From Candidatus Eiseniibacteriota bacterium (GTDB taxonomy: Bacteria > Eisenbacteria > RBG-16-71-46): 64,000 nucleotides of DNA. Position numbers and translations under genes: made by a program. Under the pieces are notes generated by a model. It worked only from the letters and a program-made list of their open reading frames with translations. It was not told the DNA's origin and made no database searches. Within the stretch, counting starts at the first letter, position 1, and every line of letters begins with the position of its first letter. The stretch spans positions 71,013-135,012 of the forward strand of contig JACRIW010000020.1 in the NCBI GenBank assembly GCA_016215625.1, in the 5' to 3' direction. Shown here piece after piece: positions 21,439 through 35,043 of the stretch.

Positions 21439-22083
21439 TCAACGCCGCCGCTTCTTCGCGCGCTTCGCGGGCGCGGCCTTCGTCGCGGGGGCGATCGTCA
21501 CGCGCGCCGAGTCGAGCGAGACGGCACCGCCGGCGCGATAGGTCCAGGTGCGCCACGTGCCGGTGCGCTCCATGGCGGTCACCGGCAGGTTCGAGCGCGC
21601 CGAGTGCGTACCCGGCACGTGCACGCTCACGCTCCAGCGTTGCGCTCCCGGATCGGCGCTCATCGGCGCGACCGAGCCGTCGAGTCGGGGCACGTACGCC
21701 CGCTTCGCGGCGCCGTCGCGCGACACGCCCGCTCCGCTGTCCGCCCATTCGCCCGCGTACGAGATGCGCAACGCCGCGAGAGTGCCCGAGAAGGCGCGGC
21801 GCGGCTCGATCAGCAGCGTGTCGCCCTCCTGCCCCCAGTTGATCGGCAGCCCCCCCGCGGCGTCCGTGAGTTCGACGGCGTCCACGAGCGGGCCGTGCAA
21901 CCGTTTCGCGAGAAGCCCCGTAGAGGGCGACACCGCGAGCCATTCGACGTACTGGCCGCTCCAGCGCGGCGCACCCGGGTCGATTTCGAGTTCCAGCGTG
22001 CGCGTGCCGGGCGGCGCGGCGACAGCCGCGGTGGCGAGCAGCAGCAGGAAACCCGTGACAAGTGCGAGCCGTTGGGTGAGCAT
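21439..22083 (-). CDS. secreted hypothetical protein
   Basis: Signal peptide, beta-rich body, basic tail; TACGCT 7 nt before the ATG suggests a leaderless mRNA. Confidence 0.55.
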   Translation of the reverse strand: MLTQRLALVTGFLLLLATAAVAAPPGTRTLELEIDPGAPRWSGQYVEWLAVSPSTGLLAKRLHGPLVDAVELTDAAGGLPINWGQEGDTLLIEPRRAFSGTLAALRISYAGEWADSGAGVSRDGAAKRAYVPRLDGSVAPMSADPGAQRWSVSVHVPGTHSARSNLPVTAMERTGTWRTWTYRAGGAVSLDSARVTIAPATKAAPAKRAKKRRR

Positions 22084-22181
22084 GCGCGCCAGCGTATGCG
22101 GCACACCCCTCGCCGCACAACGGCGCCGTGCGTGGTCCATCCTTCGCCCGGCGCGCCCCCCCAAGCAGGAGGAGTCTACGC

Positions 22182-22760
22182 ATGTCCCGTCGACGCCAGT
22201 TGGGAACGATGTTCGTCCTCGCCGCGCTCTGCGCTTCGGCGCTCGCCTTCGCCGCCGCGCCTTCGGCGCCTTCGGCCAAGGGCAAGCCCGCCGCCGACAA
22301 GGCGGCCAAGATCAAGAAGGGCGAGTACCTCACGACCATCATGGGCTGCAACGACTGCCACACGCCGGGCACGATGTACGGCGCTCCGGACATGGATCGC
22401 AAGCTCTCCGGCAGCGAACTCGGGTGGAAGGGGCCGTGGGGCGTCTCGTTCGCGCGCAACCTCACGCCCGATTCCGAGACGGGCATCGGCTACTACTCGG
22501 AAGACGAGATCGTCCACTCGTTCCGCACCGGCATGAAGCCCAACGGCACGCCGATGCTGCCGCCGATGCCGTGGCCGAACTTCGCGGCGATGTCCGACGA
22601 GGACCTGCACGCGATCGCGGCGTACCTGCTCAGCCTCAAGCCCGTGAAGCACGCGGTGCCCGAGGCCGTGCCCCCGGGCAAGCCGTGGTCGGGCCCGGTG
22701 CTCGAGCTGCCGCCACCGCCGGCGTGGGACGCGCCGCGTACTCCTCCCGCGGGCAAGTAA
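22182..22760 (+). CDS. periplasmic monoheme cytochrome c
   Basis: AGGAGG RBS, signal peptide, CNDCH, NLTPD and PPMPW motifs. Confidence 0.88.
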   Translation: MSRRRQLGTMFVLAALCASALAFAAAPSAPSAKGKPAADKAAKIKKGEYLTTIMGCNDCHTPGTMYGAPDMDRKLSGSELGWKGPWGVSFARNLTPDSETGIGYYSEDEIVHSFRTGMKPNGTPMLPPMPWPNFAAMSDEDLHAIAAYLLSLKPVKHAVPEAVPPGKPWSGPVLELPPPPAWDAPRTPPAGK

Positions 22761-22782
22761 CCCAGTCTCGCATTCGCCGTTC

Positions 22783-22818
22783 GCGCCGCCGGGCGTTGAC
22801 TCGCCCGGCGGCGCTTTC
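22783..22818 (+). terminator. intrinsic terminator hairpin
   Basis: GCGCCGCCGGGCG-TTGACT-CGCCCGGCGGCGC followed by TTTC, downstream of the cytochrome gene. Confidence 0.65.
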
Positions 22819-22833
22819 TACGGTGCCGGTCTC

Positions 22834-23849
<1,016 letters not shown>

Positions 23850-23853
<4 letters not shown>

Positions 23854-24677
23854 GCCGCACGCTCGCCGGCGAGGCGATGCTGTTCGTCCGCGCCGCGCGG
23901 GCGCGCGCGTACGTGCGGATCGTGGGCTCGTTCCGTGAGCCGAACGGCCTGCTCGCCGACGCCGTGTTCCCCAACCTCGGCATGTGCGCGTTCGTGATGA
24001 TGTACCGCGCACTCGGCGCGCCCGCGTACTACGAGGCGCTCGCCGTGATCGGCGGCATCCTCACGACGTACTGGGTGAACGTGCTGTGGGGGATGGGCGC
24101 GCAGTTCTACTGGGAGAAGCAGGCCGGGCAGTTGCAGCTGTACTTCGCCGCGCCGTGCTCGCGCATGGCGATCCTCGCGGGCATGGCCGCGGGAGGGCTG
24201 CTCGCCTCGATGCTCCGCTCGCTCGTCGGAGTGGCGCTCGCCGTGTTCGTGTTCCGCGTGCAGCTCGAGCCGTTCTCGCCGTGGCACCTCGCGGCCGTGT
24301 TCTTCGCGACCATGGCGGCGCTGTACACGCTCGGGATGATCATGGCGAGCCTGTTCCTGCTCTACGGGCGCGAGGCGTGGCACACGTGCAACGCGTTCAT
24401 GGAGCCGGCGTTCTTCCTTTCGGGGCTGTACTTCCCGATCCGCACGCTCGGCGCGTTCGGGGCCGTGGCGGCGGCCCTCCTGCCGCTCACGCTCGGCGTG
24501 GACGCGCTGCGCCAGGTGCTGCTCGGCGTGCGCTCGCCGGGGCTGATGCCCGTGCGCTGGGAGTTCGCGGCGCTCTGCGGCTTCGCGGTGCTCTACTTCT
24601 TCGTCGCGCGCTGGTCGTTGCGACACCTCGAGAACCTCTCCAAGCGCGAAGGGAGGCTCACGCAGCGATGGCAGTGA
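23850..24677 (+). CDS. ABC-2 permease
   Basis: About six TM helices, FLSGLYFP motif, ATGA coupling. Confidence 0.85.
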
Positions 24678-25516
24678 GCGAGACCTTCACGCGCCTGCGC
24701 ACCTCGGCGTGGCTCGGCTGGCAGGTCGAGTCGAACTGGGCCGACCCGGTCGTGTTCTTCATCTACCTGATCGCGCGTCCGCTCGCCGTGTCGCTCACGC
24801 TCGCGGCGATGTACGCCGCGACGCGCGACTCGGCCACGCACGGCGCGGCCTTCGCCGGCTTCTACGTCGCGAACGCCTTCCACGCCTACGTGAACACCGT
24901 GGTGGTCGGCATGGGCTGGGTGATCTTCGAGGAGCGCGAGGAGTCCGAGATGCTCAAGTACGTGTACGTCTCGCCCATGGGGCTCGTGACGTACATCGGC
25001 GGCCGGTCGTTCGTGCGTTTCGTGCTCGGCAGCATCAGCGCGGCGCTCATGCTGCTCGTCGGCTGGTTCCTGCTCGGCGTGCGCTGGGACTTCGCGCTCA
25101 CGCGGCCGTTGCCGCTCGCGCTCACGATCGTCGCGGGCTTCGCGGCCACGCTCGCCGCGGGTTACGTGCTCTGCGGCGTCGCCATGGTGCTCACGCGTTC
25201 GGCGATGACCGTGCTCGAGGGTTGCATGCTCGGGCTCTACCTGCTCTGCGGTGTGATCTTCCCCGTGGACCTCATGCCGGTGTGGCTGCGGCCCGTCTCG
25301 TACGTGCTGCCGTTCACGTGGTGGTACGAGTGCCTGCGCCGGTTCCTGCTCGGGCACGGCTCGAGCGCCTGGATGAGCACGCTCACCGACGCGCAGCTGC
25401 TCGGCGCGACGCTCGCGGTGTGCGCGGCGTTCTCGCTCGTCGCGGCGCTGGCCTATCGCGAGCTCGACCGGCTCGCACGACGGCTCGGCCGGCTCGACCA
25501 GACGACGATGTTCTGA
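24674..25516 (+). CDS. ABC-2 permease
   Basis: About six TM helices, CGVIFPVDLMP..LP motif, GTGA coupling. Confidence 0.85.
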   Translation: MSETFTRLRTSAWLGWQVESNWADPVVFFIYLIARPLAVSLTLAAMYAATRDSATHGAAFAGFYVANAFHAYVNTVVVGMGWVIFEEREESEMLKYVYVSPMGLVTYIGGRSFVRFVLGSISAALMLLVGWFLLGVRWDFALTRPLPLALTIVAGFAATLAAGYVLCGVAMVLTRSAMTVLEGCMLGLYLLCGVIFPVDLMPVWLRPVSYVLPFTWWYECLRRFLLGHGSSAWMSTLTDAQLLGATLAVCAAFSLVAALAYRELDRLARRLGRLDQTTMF

Positions 25517-25639
25517 GCGGAGCCGGGGTTCCGCCCCGGCGAATCGCACGATTCGCCGCTCAAGCGCTTCTCCCGCGCAGCCGATACCGGGGCGCCCACC
25601 CCAAACCCTCGGTATCCCGGAACCACACAGGAGAATCGC

Positions 25640-26236
25640 ATGAACTTCGGCTCGCTCTTCGCGGCCGCGCTGCTCGCGGCTGCCTCGCACCCTGCTGTAC
25701 CCCTGTCGCGTCCGCACCAGACGGCCGCCCACAACGCCGTCTCCGTGACGAACGCCGACCCGGTCACCCCGGGAGCTCTCGTGACCCCCGCCGCCGGTGA
25801 ACCCGCCCCGGACTTCACGTACCAGTCGCACGAGTACCTCTGGCAGAACCTCCACAACATGCTCGAGCAGGGCCACGTGCTGCTCGTGTTCGGCGCGACC
25901 GAGACGGACCTGCGCCGGCTCGAGTCCGAGCGCGAGAACCTGATCCGCCAGGGCGTGCTGCCCGTGGCCGTGATCGAGCAGCGCGAAGGCGACGTGTGGA
26001 AGCTGCTCCGCCGCACCGACGTGAGCATCAGCCTGCTCTCCGATCCGCACGGCGCGATCGCGGAGCAGTACGGCGTCTACCAGCCCGCCTCGCGCGGCGC
26101 CCATGCGGCGTGGTTCCTCGTGGACCAGTCGGGCCGCGTGCGCGAGACGGGGACCGGAGCGCTGCCGAACCACTGGTCGGAGCGCACCGCGGTCGCGCTC
26201 GGCCGCACGGACGTGCGCACGGCCAGCGCGAACTGA
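25640..26236 (+). CDS. secreted AhpC/TSA-like thioredoxin-fold protein without any cysteine
   Basis: GEPAPDF, LLSDPHGAIAEQYGV and FLVDQSGRV motifs; no Cys in the translation. Confidence 0.7.
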   Translation: MNFGSLFAAALLAAASHPAVPLSRPHQTAAHNAVSVTNADPVTPGALVTPAAGEPAPDFTYQSHEYLWQNLHNMLEQGHVLLVFGATETDLRRLESERENLIRQGVLPVAVIEQREGDVWKLLRRTDVSISLLSDPHGAIAEQYGVYQPASRGAHAAWFLVDQSGRVRETGTGALPNHWSERTAVALGRTDVRTASAN

Positions 26237-26261
26237 CGGCTCGGTTTCTTTCTGCGAACGA

Positions 26262-26292
26262 AACGGGCGGCGCCCTCGAGGCGCCGCCCGTT
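26262..26292. terminator. bidirectional hairpin terminator
   Basis: AACGGGCGGCGCC / GGCGCCGCCCGTT inverted repeat between convergent genes. Confidence 0.72.
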
Positions 26293-26307
26293 CGCGTCGA
26301 TCTCCGG

Positions 26308-29469
<3,162 letters not shown>

Positions 29470-29743
29470 GAGGCTCCCGGTTCGGGTCTGACGGAAGGTG
29501 GACGATGGAAGTATCGGCCGGACCGAACGGTTCCGTAGGCGTCAGGGGCCGCAGGCGGCCGCCTGCGACCGCCCTGCGTCCCGACGGGCCCGCGCGTCGC
29601 ACGAGCAGATGGGGATTCCTCGTCCTCGCCGGGAAACCGGCTTGCGGAACTCGCCGCGAAACGGTAACTTGCCCGCCCGCTGGTCTTCGGGGGCAACCCG
29701 CCGAAGGTCACCCGGTGATCCCGCGCAGGCGAGGGGGGAGCAG

Positions 29744-29773
29744 TTGTCCGGCTCCCGAGGCGATGCTTATAGT
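29744..29773 (+). promoter_or_regulatory. putative promoter of tRNA cluster
   Basis: TTGTCC-18 nt-TATAGT, 17 nt upstream of the first tRNA. Confidence 0.5.
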
Positions 29774-29790
29774 GCGCCGCCAGAACTTGC

Positions 29791-29876
29791 GGAGGGATGG
29801 CCGAGTGGCTTAAGGCGGCGGTCTTGAAAACCGCTGAGCGCAAGCTCCGTGGGTTCGAATCCTACTCCCTCCGCCA
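29791..29876 (+). tRNA. tRNA-Ser(TGA)
   Basis: GGAGGGA/TCCCTCC acceptor stem, anticodon loop CT-TGA-AA, long variable arm, GTTCGAATC, encoded CCA. Confidence 0.95.
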
Positions 29877-29886
29877 GTCGCACCTT

Positions 29887-29978
29887 GGAGTGGTGGCCGA
29901 GTGGCCGAAGGCAGCCGCCTGCTAAGCGGTTAGTCGGGTAAAACCGGCTCGGAGGTTCGAATCCTCTCCACTCCGCCA
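29887..29978 (+). tRNA. tRNA-Ser(GCT)
   Basis: GGAGTGG/CCACTCC acceptor stem, CT-GCT-AA loop, long variable arm, T-loop, CCA. Confidence 0.95.
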
Positions 29979-30025
29979 GTAACGGACCGGTAGCACGGTT
30001 CGGACATTTGCTTCGTGCTTGATGC

Positions 30026-30102
<77 letters not shown>

Positions 30103-30169
30103 TTCAAGCACCGCCGCGAGTCCCTCCGGCGACTCGAAGCCACCACGCTCCCCGCGTGAGGTCGCTGCC

Positions 30170-30913
30170 ATGCGCCGATTGACCGCTTCCGCGCTTCTCG
30201 TGGCCGCCTGTTTCGCCGCTCTCGGCGCCTTCGGCGCCACCGCCCTCGCCGCCGACCGCGGCGCCCGCAAGCTCGACGTCTTCTGGGAGTCGCCGGAACT
30301 CGCGTCGCTCGACCTTCGTGCCATCGCGCTGCTGCCGGTCGGGACGTTCGACGGCAACCTCGAAGCGCGCCGCCTGACCGAGGACGCCGTCGGCAAGGCG
30401 CTCCGGGGCAGCGGGCACCGCTGGCTCTCGCCGCTCGTCACGCGCGAGATGCTGCGGCAGGCGGGCGGGGATTCGCTGCTCAAGGCCGTGAACACGCAGG
30501 TCGTGAACGGCGTGCGCGTGGATTCTCTCCAGGCTCCGTACTACTGCCGCCTCATGCGCGCCCGCGCGCTGCTCACCGTGCGCGTGGACCAGTTCGAGAA
30601 GCGTGAGATGGAGTTCAACCAGAGCGGCAAGCCCGTGACGACGGTGAACCTGCGCGCCGCGCTCGTGGATTCGACGGGCCGGCTGCTGTGGACCGCGAGT
30701 GGCGCCGAGAATGCCGAAGGGCCGTATCACGACGCCAACTCCGGCGCGATCGGCGTGAAGGCGAGCGGGCTCAACAACGCCCCGCTCACGAACCAGGCGG
30801 GTGCTCCGGGTTATCCCGAGACGCTCGGCAAGCTGCTCGCCCGCTGGACGCAGGCGTTCCCGCGCCGCGGCCCCGCGCCGGCGGCTTCGCCCGACTCGAC
30901 CGGCGCGCGCTGA
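30170..30913 (+). CDS. secreted hypothetical protein (CsgG/TolB-N-like fold possible)
   Basis: Signal peptide, IALLP strand, C-terminal ALVDSTGRLLW. Confidence 0.6.
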   Translation: MRRLTASALLVAACFAALGAFGATALAADRGARKLDVFWESPELASLDLRAIALLPVGTFDGNLEARRLTEDAVGKALRGSGHRWLSPLVTREMLRQAGGDSLLKAVNTQVVNGVRVDSLQAPYYCRLMRARALLTVRVDQFEKREMEFNQSGKPVTTVNLRAALVDSTGRLLWTASGAENAEGPYHDANSGAIGVKASGLNNAPLTNQAGAPGYPETLGKLLARWTQAFPRRGPAPAASPDSTGAR

Positions 30914-30917
30914 CGGC

Positions 30918-31436
30918 GTGTTCATCCTCGACGACGAAGCCGGCATGCGCGCCGCGCTGCGCGAAGCCCACGAGTCGCTCGCGCGTGACGAAGTGCCGGT
31001 CGGCTGCGTGATCGTGCACGACGGGCTCGTGATCGGGCGCGGCCACAACCAGGTCGAGGGGCTGCAGGACGCCACCGCGCACGCCGAGGTCGTGGCGATC
31101 GGCGCGGCGTCCAACGCGCTGGGCTCGTGGCGCCTGAGCGACTGCACGCTCTACGTCACGCTCGAGCCCTGCTCGATGTGCGCCGGCGCGATCGTGCTCG
31201 CGCGGCTCGGCCGCGTGGTGTATGGAGCGGCCGACCCGAAGGCCGGGGCGTGCGGCTCGGTGCTGGACGTGCTCCACGAGAAGCGCCTCAACCATCGCGC
31301 CGAACTGACCGGCGGGGTGCTGGCCGAGGAATGCGGTGAACTGCTGCGCGAGTTCTTCCGTTCCCGCCGCAAGAAGGCGCTGCGGCTCGCCGAGGCGCCG
31401 CCGATCGACGACCCCGAGGGTGGCGAGGAGGCTTAG
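30918..31436 (+). CDS. tadA: tRNA adenosine(34) deaminase
   Basis: EVPVG, TAHAE, TLEPCSMC and LNHR motifs. Confidence 0.92.
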   Translation: MFILDDEAGMRAALREAHESLARDEVPVGCVIVHDGLVIGRGHNQVEGLQDATAHAEVVAIGAASNALGSWRLSDCTLYVTLEPCSMCAGAIVLARLGRVVYGAADPKAGACGSVLDVLHEKRLNHRAELTGGVLAEECGELLREFFRSRRKKALRLAEAPPIDDPEGGEEA

Positions 31437-31561
31437 GCGCCGCCGGCGCGCCGGCGGTCCGCGCCCGGCGGCGCGAGGCGGGCGCTCGTCGCCGCGGCGG
31501 CGGGAGGAGCACCGGTCCTGCTAACATGGCGCCCGACCGGACGCACCCGCGGGAGACACCC

Positions 31562-31897
31562 ATGCACAAGCGCGCCATCCGACTGCTGCTCGCCGTCACG
31601 TTCGCCGTGTCGCAGCTCCTGCCGATCGCCGTGCCCGCGGCGCGGGCCGCGATGTACGAAGGGCGCAACATCGACGGACGCTGGTACGAAGGCCGGGCCG
31701 TGAGCACGACGTACGGCTCCTACCGCTGCCAGGTCAAGTTCAACGGTGACCGTGCGTTCATCAAGCTCGACGGCTCGAGCCTCCAGATCGTCGGCATCCT
31801 CGACGAGGAAGTGATCACCGACCCGCACGACATCCTCGCGCGCGATCCCAAGCGCGGCGTGAACTGGACGCTCGAAGTGGTGAACCTGCGTCATTGA
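31562..31897 (+). CDS. small secreted hypothetical protein
   Basis: GGAG RBS, signal peptide, coding-like codon usage, TGATG coupling. Confidence 0.65.
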   Translation: MHKRAIRLLLAVTFAVSQLLPIAVPAARAAMYEGRNIDGRWYEGRAVSTTYGSYRCQVKFNGDRAFIKLDGSSLQIVGILDEEVITDPHDILARDPKRGVNWTLEVVNLRH

Positions 31898-32700
31898 TGG
31901 CACGAACACTCACGGCCGCGCTGGCGGCGACGTTCCTGTTCCTCGCCGCGAGTCCGGCCGTGCCGGGCGCCGCGGTGCGCGCCACCCCGGCGCGCCGTCA
32001 CACGGTCGCGGCGCTTCCGCCCGTCATGCTGTGGGCGTGGGAATACCCGCAGGACCTGCGCTTCGCCGATCCCGCGCGCGTGGGCGTGGCTTCGCTCGGC
32101 GCGACCGCGGCGCTGGTCGGCGACGACGTGCGCGTGACGATGCGCCGCCAGCCGCTGCGGCTGGCCCCGGGCGCCGCGCACGTGCGCGTGCTGCGCGTGG
32201 AGCTGCCGCGCGGCGCGAAACCGGCGCTGTCCGAGGTGCAGGCGGCGCGGCTCGCGCGGCTCGCCGCCGGACTCGCGCGTGAGAGCGGCGTGCGCGGCGT
32301 GCAGCTCGACTTCGACGCGCCGCGCTCGGCGCGGCCGTTCTACCGGCGGCTGCTCGCGCGCGTGCGCGCGGAACTGCCCGACACGAGCCTGCTCGCGATG
32401 ACCGCGCTCGCCTCGTGGGCGATGGGCGACGCGTGGCTGGAGGGGCTGCCGGTGGACGCCGCGGTGCCGATGGTGTTCCGCATGGGCGCCGACGCCGGGC
32501 GCATCCGCGCGGCGCTCACGGCCGGCCGCGATTTCACGCCGGAGCGCGCGCGTGGCAATCTCGGCGTGGATTTGGACGAACCGTGGCCGCGTTTCCTGCC
32601 CGGCCGGCGGTTGTGGATCTTCGTGCATGGATCGTGGACGCCCGCGCGCGTGGAGCGTGTGAACCGAGCGTGGGCGCAGTGGAAGAGAGACTCGACATGA
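31897..32700 (+). CDS. DUF3142-like (GH18-like TIM barrel) secreted protein
   Basis: LWAWE, GVQLDFDA..S.RPFY, TALASW and VPMVFRMG motifs. Confidence 0.7.
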   Translation: MARTLTAALAATFLFLAASPAVPGAAVRATPARRHTVAALPPVMLWAWEYPQDLRFADPARVGVASLGATAALVGDDVRVTMRRQPLRLAPGAAHVRVLRVELPRGAKPALSEVQAARLARLAAGLARESGVRGVQLDFDAPRSARPFYRRLLARVRAELPDTSLLAMTALASWAMGDAWLEGLPVDAAVPMVFRMGADAGRIRAALTAGRDFTPERARGNLGVDLDEPWPRFLPGRRLWIFVHGSWTPARVERVNRAWAQWKRDST

Positions 32701-35009
32701 AGTCGCGTGTGTCCGCCGCCGCCCTCGCCGTGCTGCTCACGGCCGCCTCGCTCGCGTTCGCCTGTGGACCGGATCTCCCGTACGCCGTCTTCACGCACGC
32801 GCGCCATCCCGACGTGCCGCTCGAGCCGTTCGCCGCGGGGCAGATCGGCGTCGTCCAGCCCACGTGGGCGCGCAGCTACCTCGTCGTCTCGTACCGCTGG
32901 CTCTCGGGCACGCCGCTGACCGCCGACGAGCAGGCGGGCGCGCTGCGCACGTGGCGCGAGCGCGCGCAGCCGTGGTGGACCGAGACGAAGCGCGCCGGGC
33001 TGCCCGACTGGATGGCGGCGCGCGCGAAGGTCGCGGGGCTGCCGAAGCCGCCGCGCGAGCTGAGCGCGGCGATGGCCGACGGCTCGTGGCAGTACTCGTT
33101 CAACGCCGGGCCCGATGCGTTCCGTCTGGCGGTGCGCACGCTGAACGAGCGCGTGGCGGCCGAGGGCGCGCGCAGCGCCGCCGTGCGTGCCTGGGCCGCG
33201 GCGCAGGACACCGTGTTCGCGATCTCCGCGGGCGGGGACTACCGCCTCGCCGAACCCGCCGGTGCGCGCACCGATCCGGACCGGATCTACCAGCTCGCCG
33301 CGGTCGCGTTCCACGGGCGCATCTGGGCCGACGCCGAGCCGCGCTTCCGCGTGCTCGCGCAGTCGCCGCTCGGCCGCCATCGCGCGCTCGCGCGCTACCT
33401 CGCCGTGCGCTGCGTCGTGCGCGCGGCGCAGCCGGACGACGAGGACGGCACGATCGACCGCGAGGCGTTCACGCGCGCCGAGGGCGAACTGCGGGACATG
33501 CTCGAGGATCCCGTGCTGGCCGAGGTGCATCCGGCCGCGCGCCGGCTGCTCGGCTTCGTCGCGTTCCGGCTGCGGCCGGTCGAGCGCTTCGCGGACCTGT
33601 CGCGTTCGCTCCGCACGAACGACCCCGGCTTCGGCCAGGACCTGTGGGACTTCGCGCTCATGCTCGACAGCGTGACGGGCGCCGACGACGCGCCGACGGC
33701 GATCGCGTCGTCGCGCGACGCGCTCGCGGCCGCGGCGGCGAACGACGAACTCGCCGACTGGGTGATCACGTACCAGCGCGGCGCCGCCGCCGGCACGCGC
33801 GCCTACCTGCGCTGGAAGGGCACGCGCGCGCTGCCCTGGCTGGTCGCGGCCCTCGCTGCGGCGCAGCCGAACGGACGCGAGACGCCCGAGCTGCTCGAGG
33901 CCGCGGCGCTCGTGCCGCCGATGTCGCCCGCGTTCGCCACGGTCTCCTCGCATCGCGCGCGGCTGATGTCGCAGCGCGGCGAGGCGCCCGGCGCGCGCCG
34001 CGTGCTCGACGCCGCGCTCGCGCGCCCGGCGCTCCCGGTCGGGAGCCGCAACGTGCTGCTCGCGCAGCGCACGGCGCTCGCGCACACGTGGACGGCGCTG
34101 CTCGCCGACCTGCCGCGTGCGCCGGCCGAGGTGATCTACGGTCCCGACGTGCTCGTCGAGCCCACGCCGGTCACGACTCCGGGCTGGGAGCCGGATTCGT
34201 CGTACGTGCGCCAGCGTGAGAGCGTGCTGCGCCTTCGGCGACGCGCCGAGTGTCTCGACGAGGACGGCGCCGAACTCTTCAACCGCACGCTGCCGCTCGC
34301 GCGCTGGCAGGACGCGGTGGGCGCGGACGTGCTGCCCGACCGCGTGCGCCGCGCGCTCGCGCTCGCGGGCTGGATGCGCGCGGTGCTGCTCGCGGACTCG
34401 GCGGCAGCCGCGTCGTTCGCGCAGTCGCTGCGCGCGCTCGAGCCGTCGCTCGCCGCCGACCTCGCGGCGGGGGAGAAGGCGGCGCCCGGCGAGGGCCGCG
34501 ATTTCGCGGTGGCGCTGCTCGTCGCGCGGCGCCCCGGCCTGCGCCCGTACCTGGGCGCGGGGCTCGACCGGCTCGAGCCGTTCGACCGGCTCGACGACTA
34601 CCGCGACAACTGGTGGTCGTCGCGCGAGCAGGTGACGGGGCAGGAGTACGACGGACTCGTGCCCGGCGACGCCGCCACCGGCATCGTCACGCGTGACGGC
34701 GTCCGGTCGCCGGCGCCCTCGTGCGCGTTCCTCACCTCGCCCGAACGCGCGGCCGCGGCCGAGCAGGGCGTGCGGCTGTCGAAGACGTGGCCCGCGCCGC
34801 GCTGGATGGGCGCGCGCATCCTCGCGTTCGCGAAGGCGCGTCCGCGTGACCCGCGCGTGCCGGAGGCGCTGCACCGGCTCGTGCGCGCGGTGCGCCTCGG
34901 CGCGGCCGACGACGCGAGCGCGCGCATGGCGAAGGAGGCGTTCACGCTCCTGCACCGGCGCTACCCCGCGAGTCCCTGGGCGAAGAAGACGAAGAGCTGG
35001 GGCGTGTAG
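32697..35009 (+). CDS. large secreted alpha-helical (TPR-like) hypothetical protein
   Basis: Signal peptide then CGP; C-terminal DPRVPEALH...AFTLLHRRYP.SPWAKKT; ATGA coupled to the DUF3142-like gene. Confidence 0.7.
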   Translation: MKSRVSAAALAVLLTAASLAFACGPDLPYAVFTHARHPDVPLEPFAAGQIGVVQPTWARSYLVVSYRWLSGTPLTADEQAGALRTWRERAQPWWTETKRAGLPDWMAARAKVAGLPKPPRELSAAMADGSWQYSFNAGPDAFRLAVRTLNERVAAEGARSAAVRAWAAAQDTVFAISAGGDYRLAEPAGARTDPDRIYQLAAVAFHGRIWADAEPRFRVLAQSPLGRHRALARYLAVRCVVRAAQPDDEDGTIDREAFTRAEGELRDMLEDPVLAEVHPAARRLLGFVAFRLRPVERFADLSRSLRTNDPGFGQDLWDFALMLDSVTGADDAPTAIASSRDALAAAAANDELADWVITYQRGAAAGTRAYLRWKGTRALPWLVAALAAAQPNGRETPELLEAAALVPPMSPAFATVSSHRARLMSQRGEAPGARRVLDAALARPALPVGSRNVLLAQRTALAHTWTALLADLPRAPAEVIYGPDVLVEPTPVTTPGWEPDSSYVRQRESVLRLRRRAECLDEDGAELFNRTLPLARWQDAVGADVLPDRVRRALALAGWMRAVLLADSAAAASFAQSLRALEPSLAADLAAGEKAAPGEGRDFAVALLVARRPGLRPYLGAGLDRLEPFDRLDDYRDNWWSSREQVTGQEYDGLVPGDAATGIVTRDGVRSPAPSCAFLTSPERAAAAEQGVRLSKTWPAPRWMGARILAFAKARPRDPRVPEALHRLVRAVRLGAADDASARMAKEAFTLLHRRYPASPWAKKTKSWGV

Positions 35010-35043
35010 CGTCCCGGCTCTTCGTGACCCCGCTGCGCGGCCG

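Noticed and set aside
29470-29743. Possible riboswitch or ncRNA between the kinase and the tRNAs
   Set aside because: Only short GC-rich hairpins (e.g. CGCAGGCGGCCGCCTGCG) with no recognisable family motif; compatible with divergent promoters.
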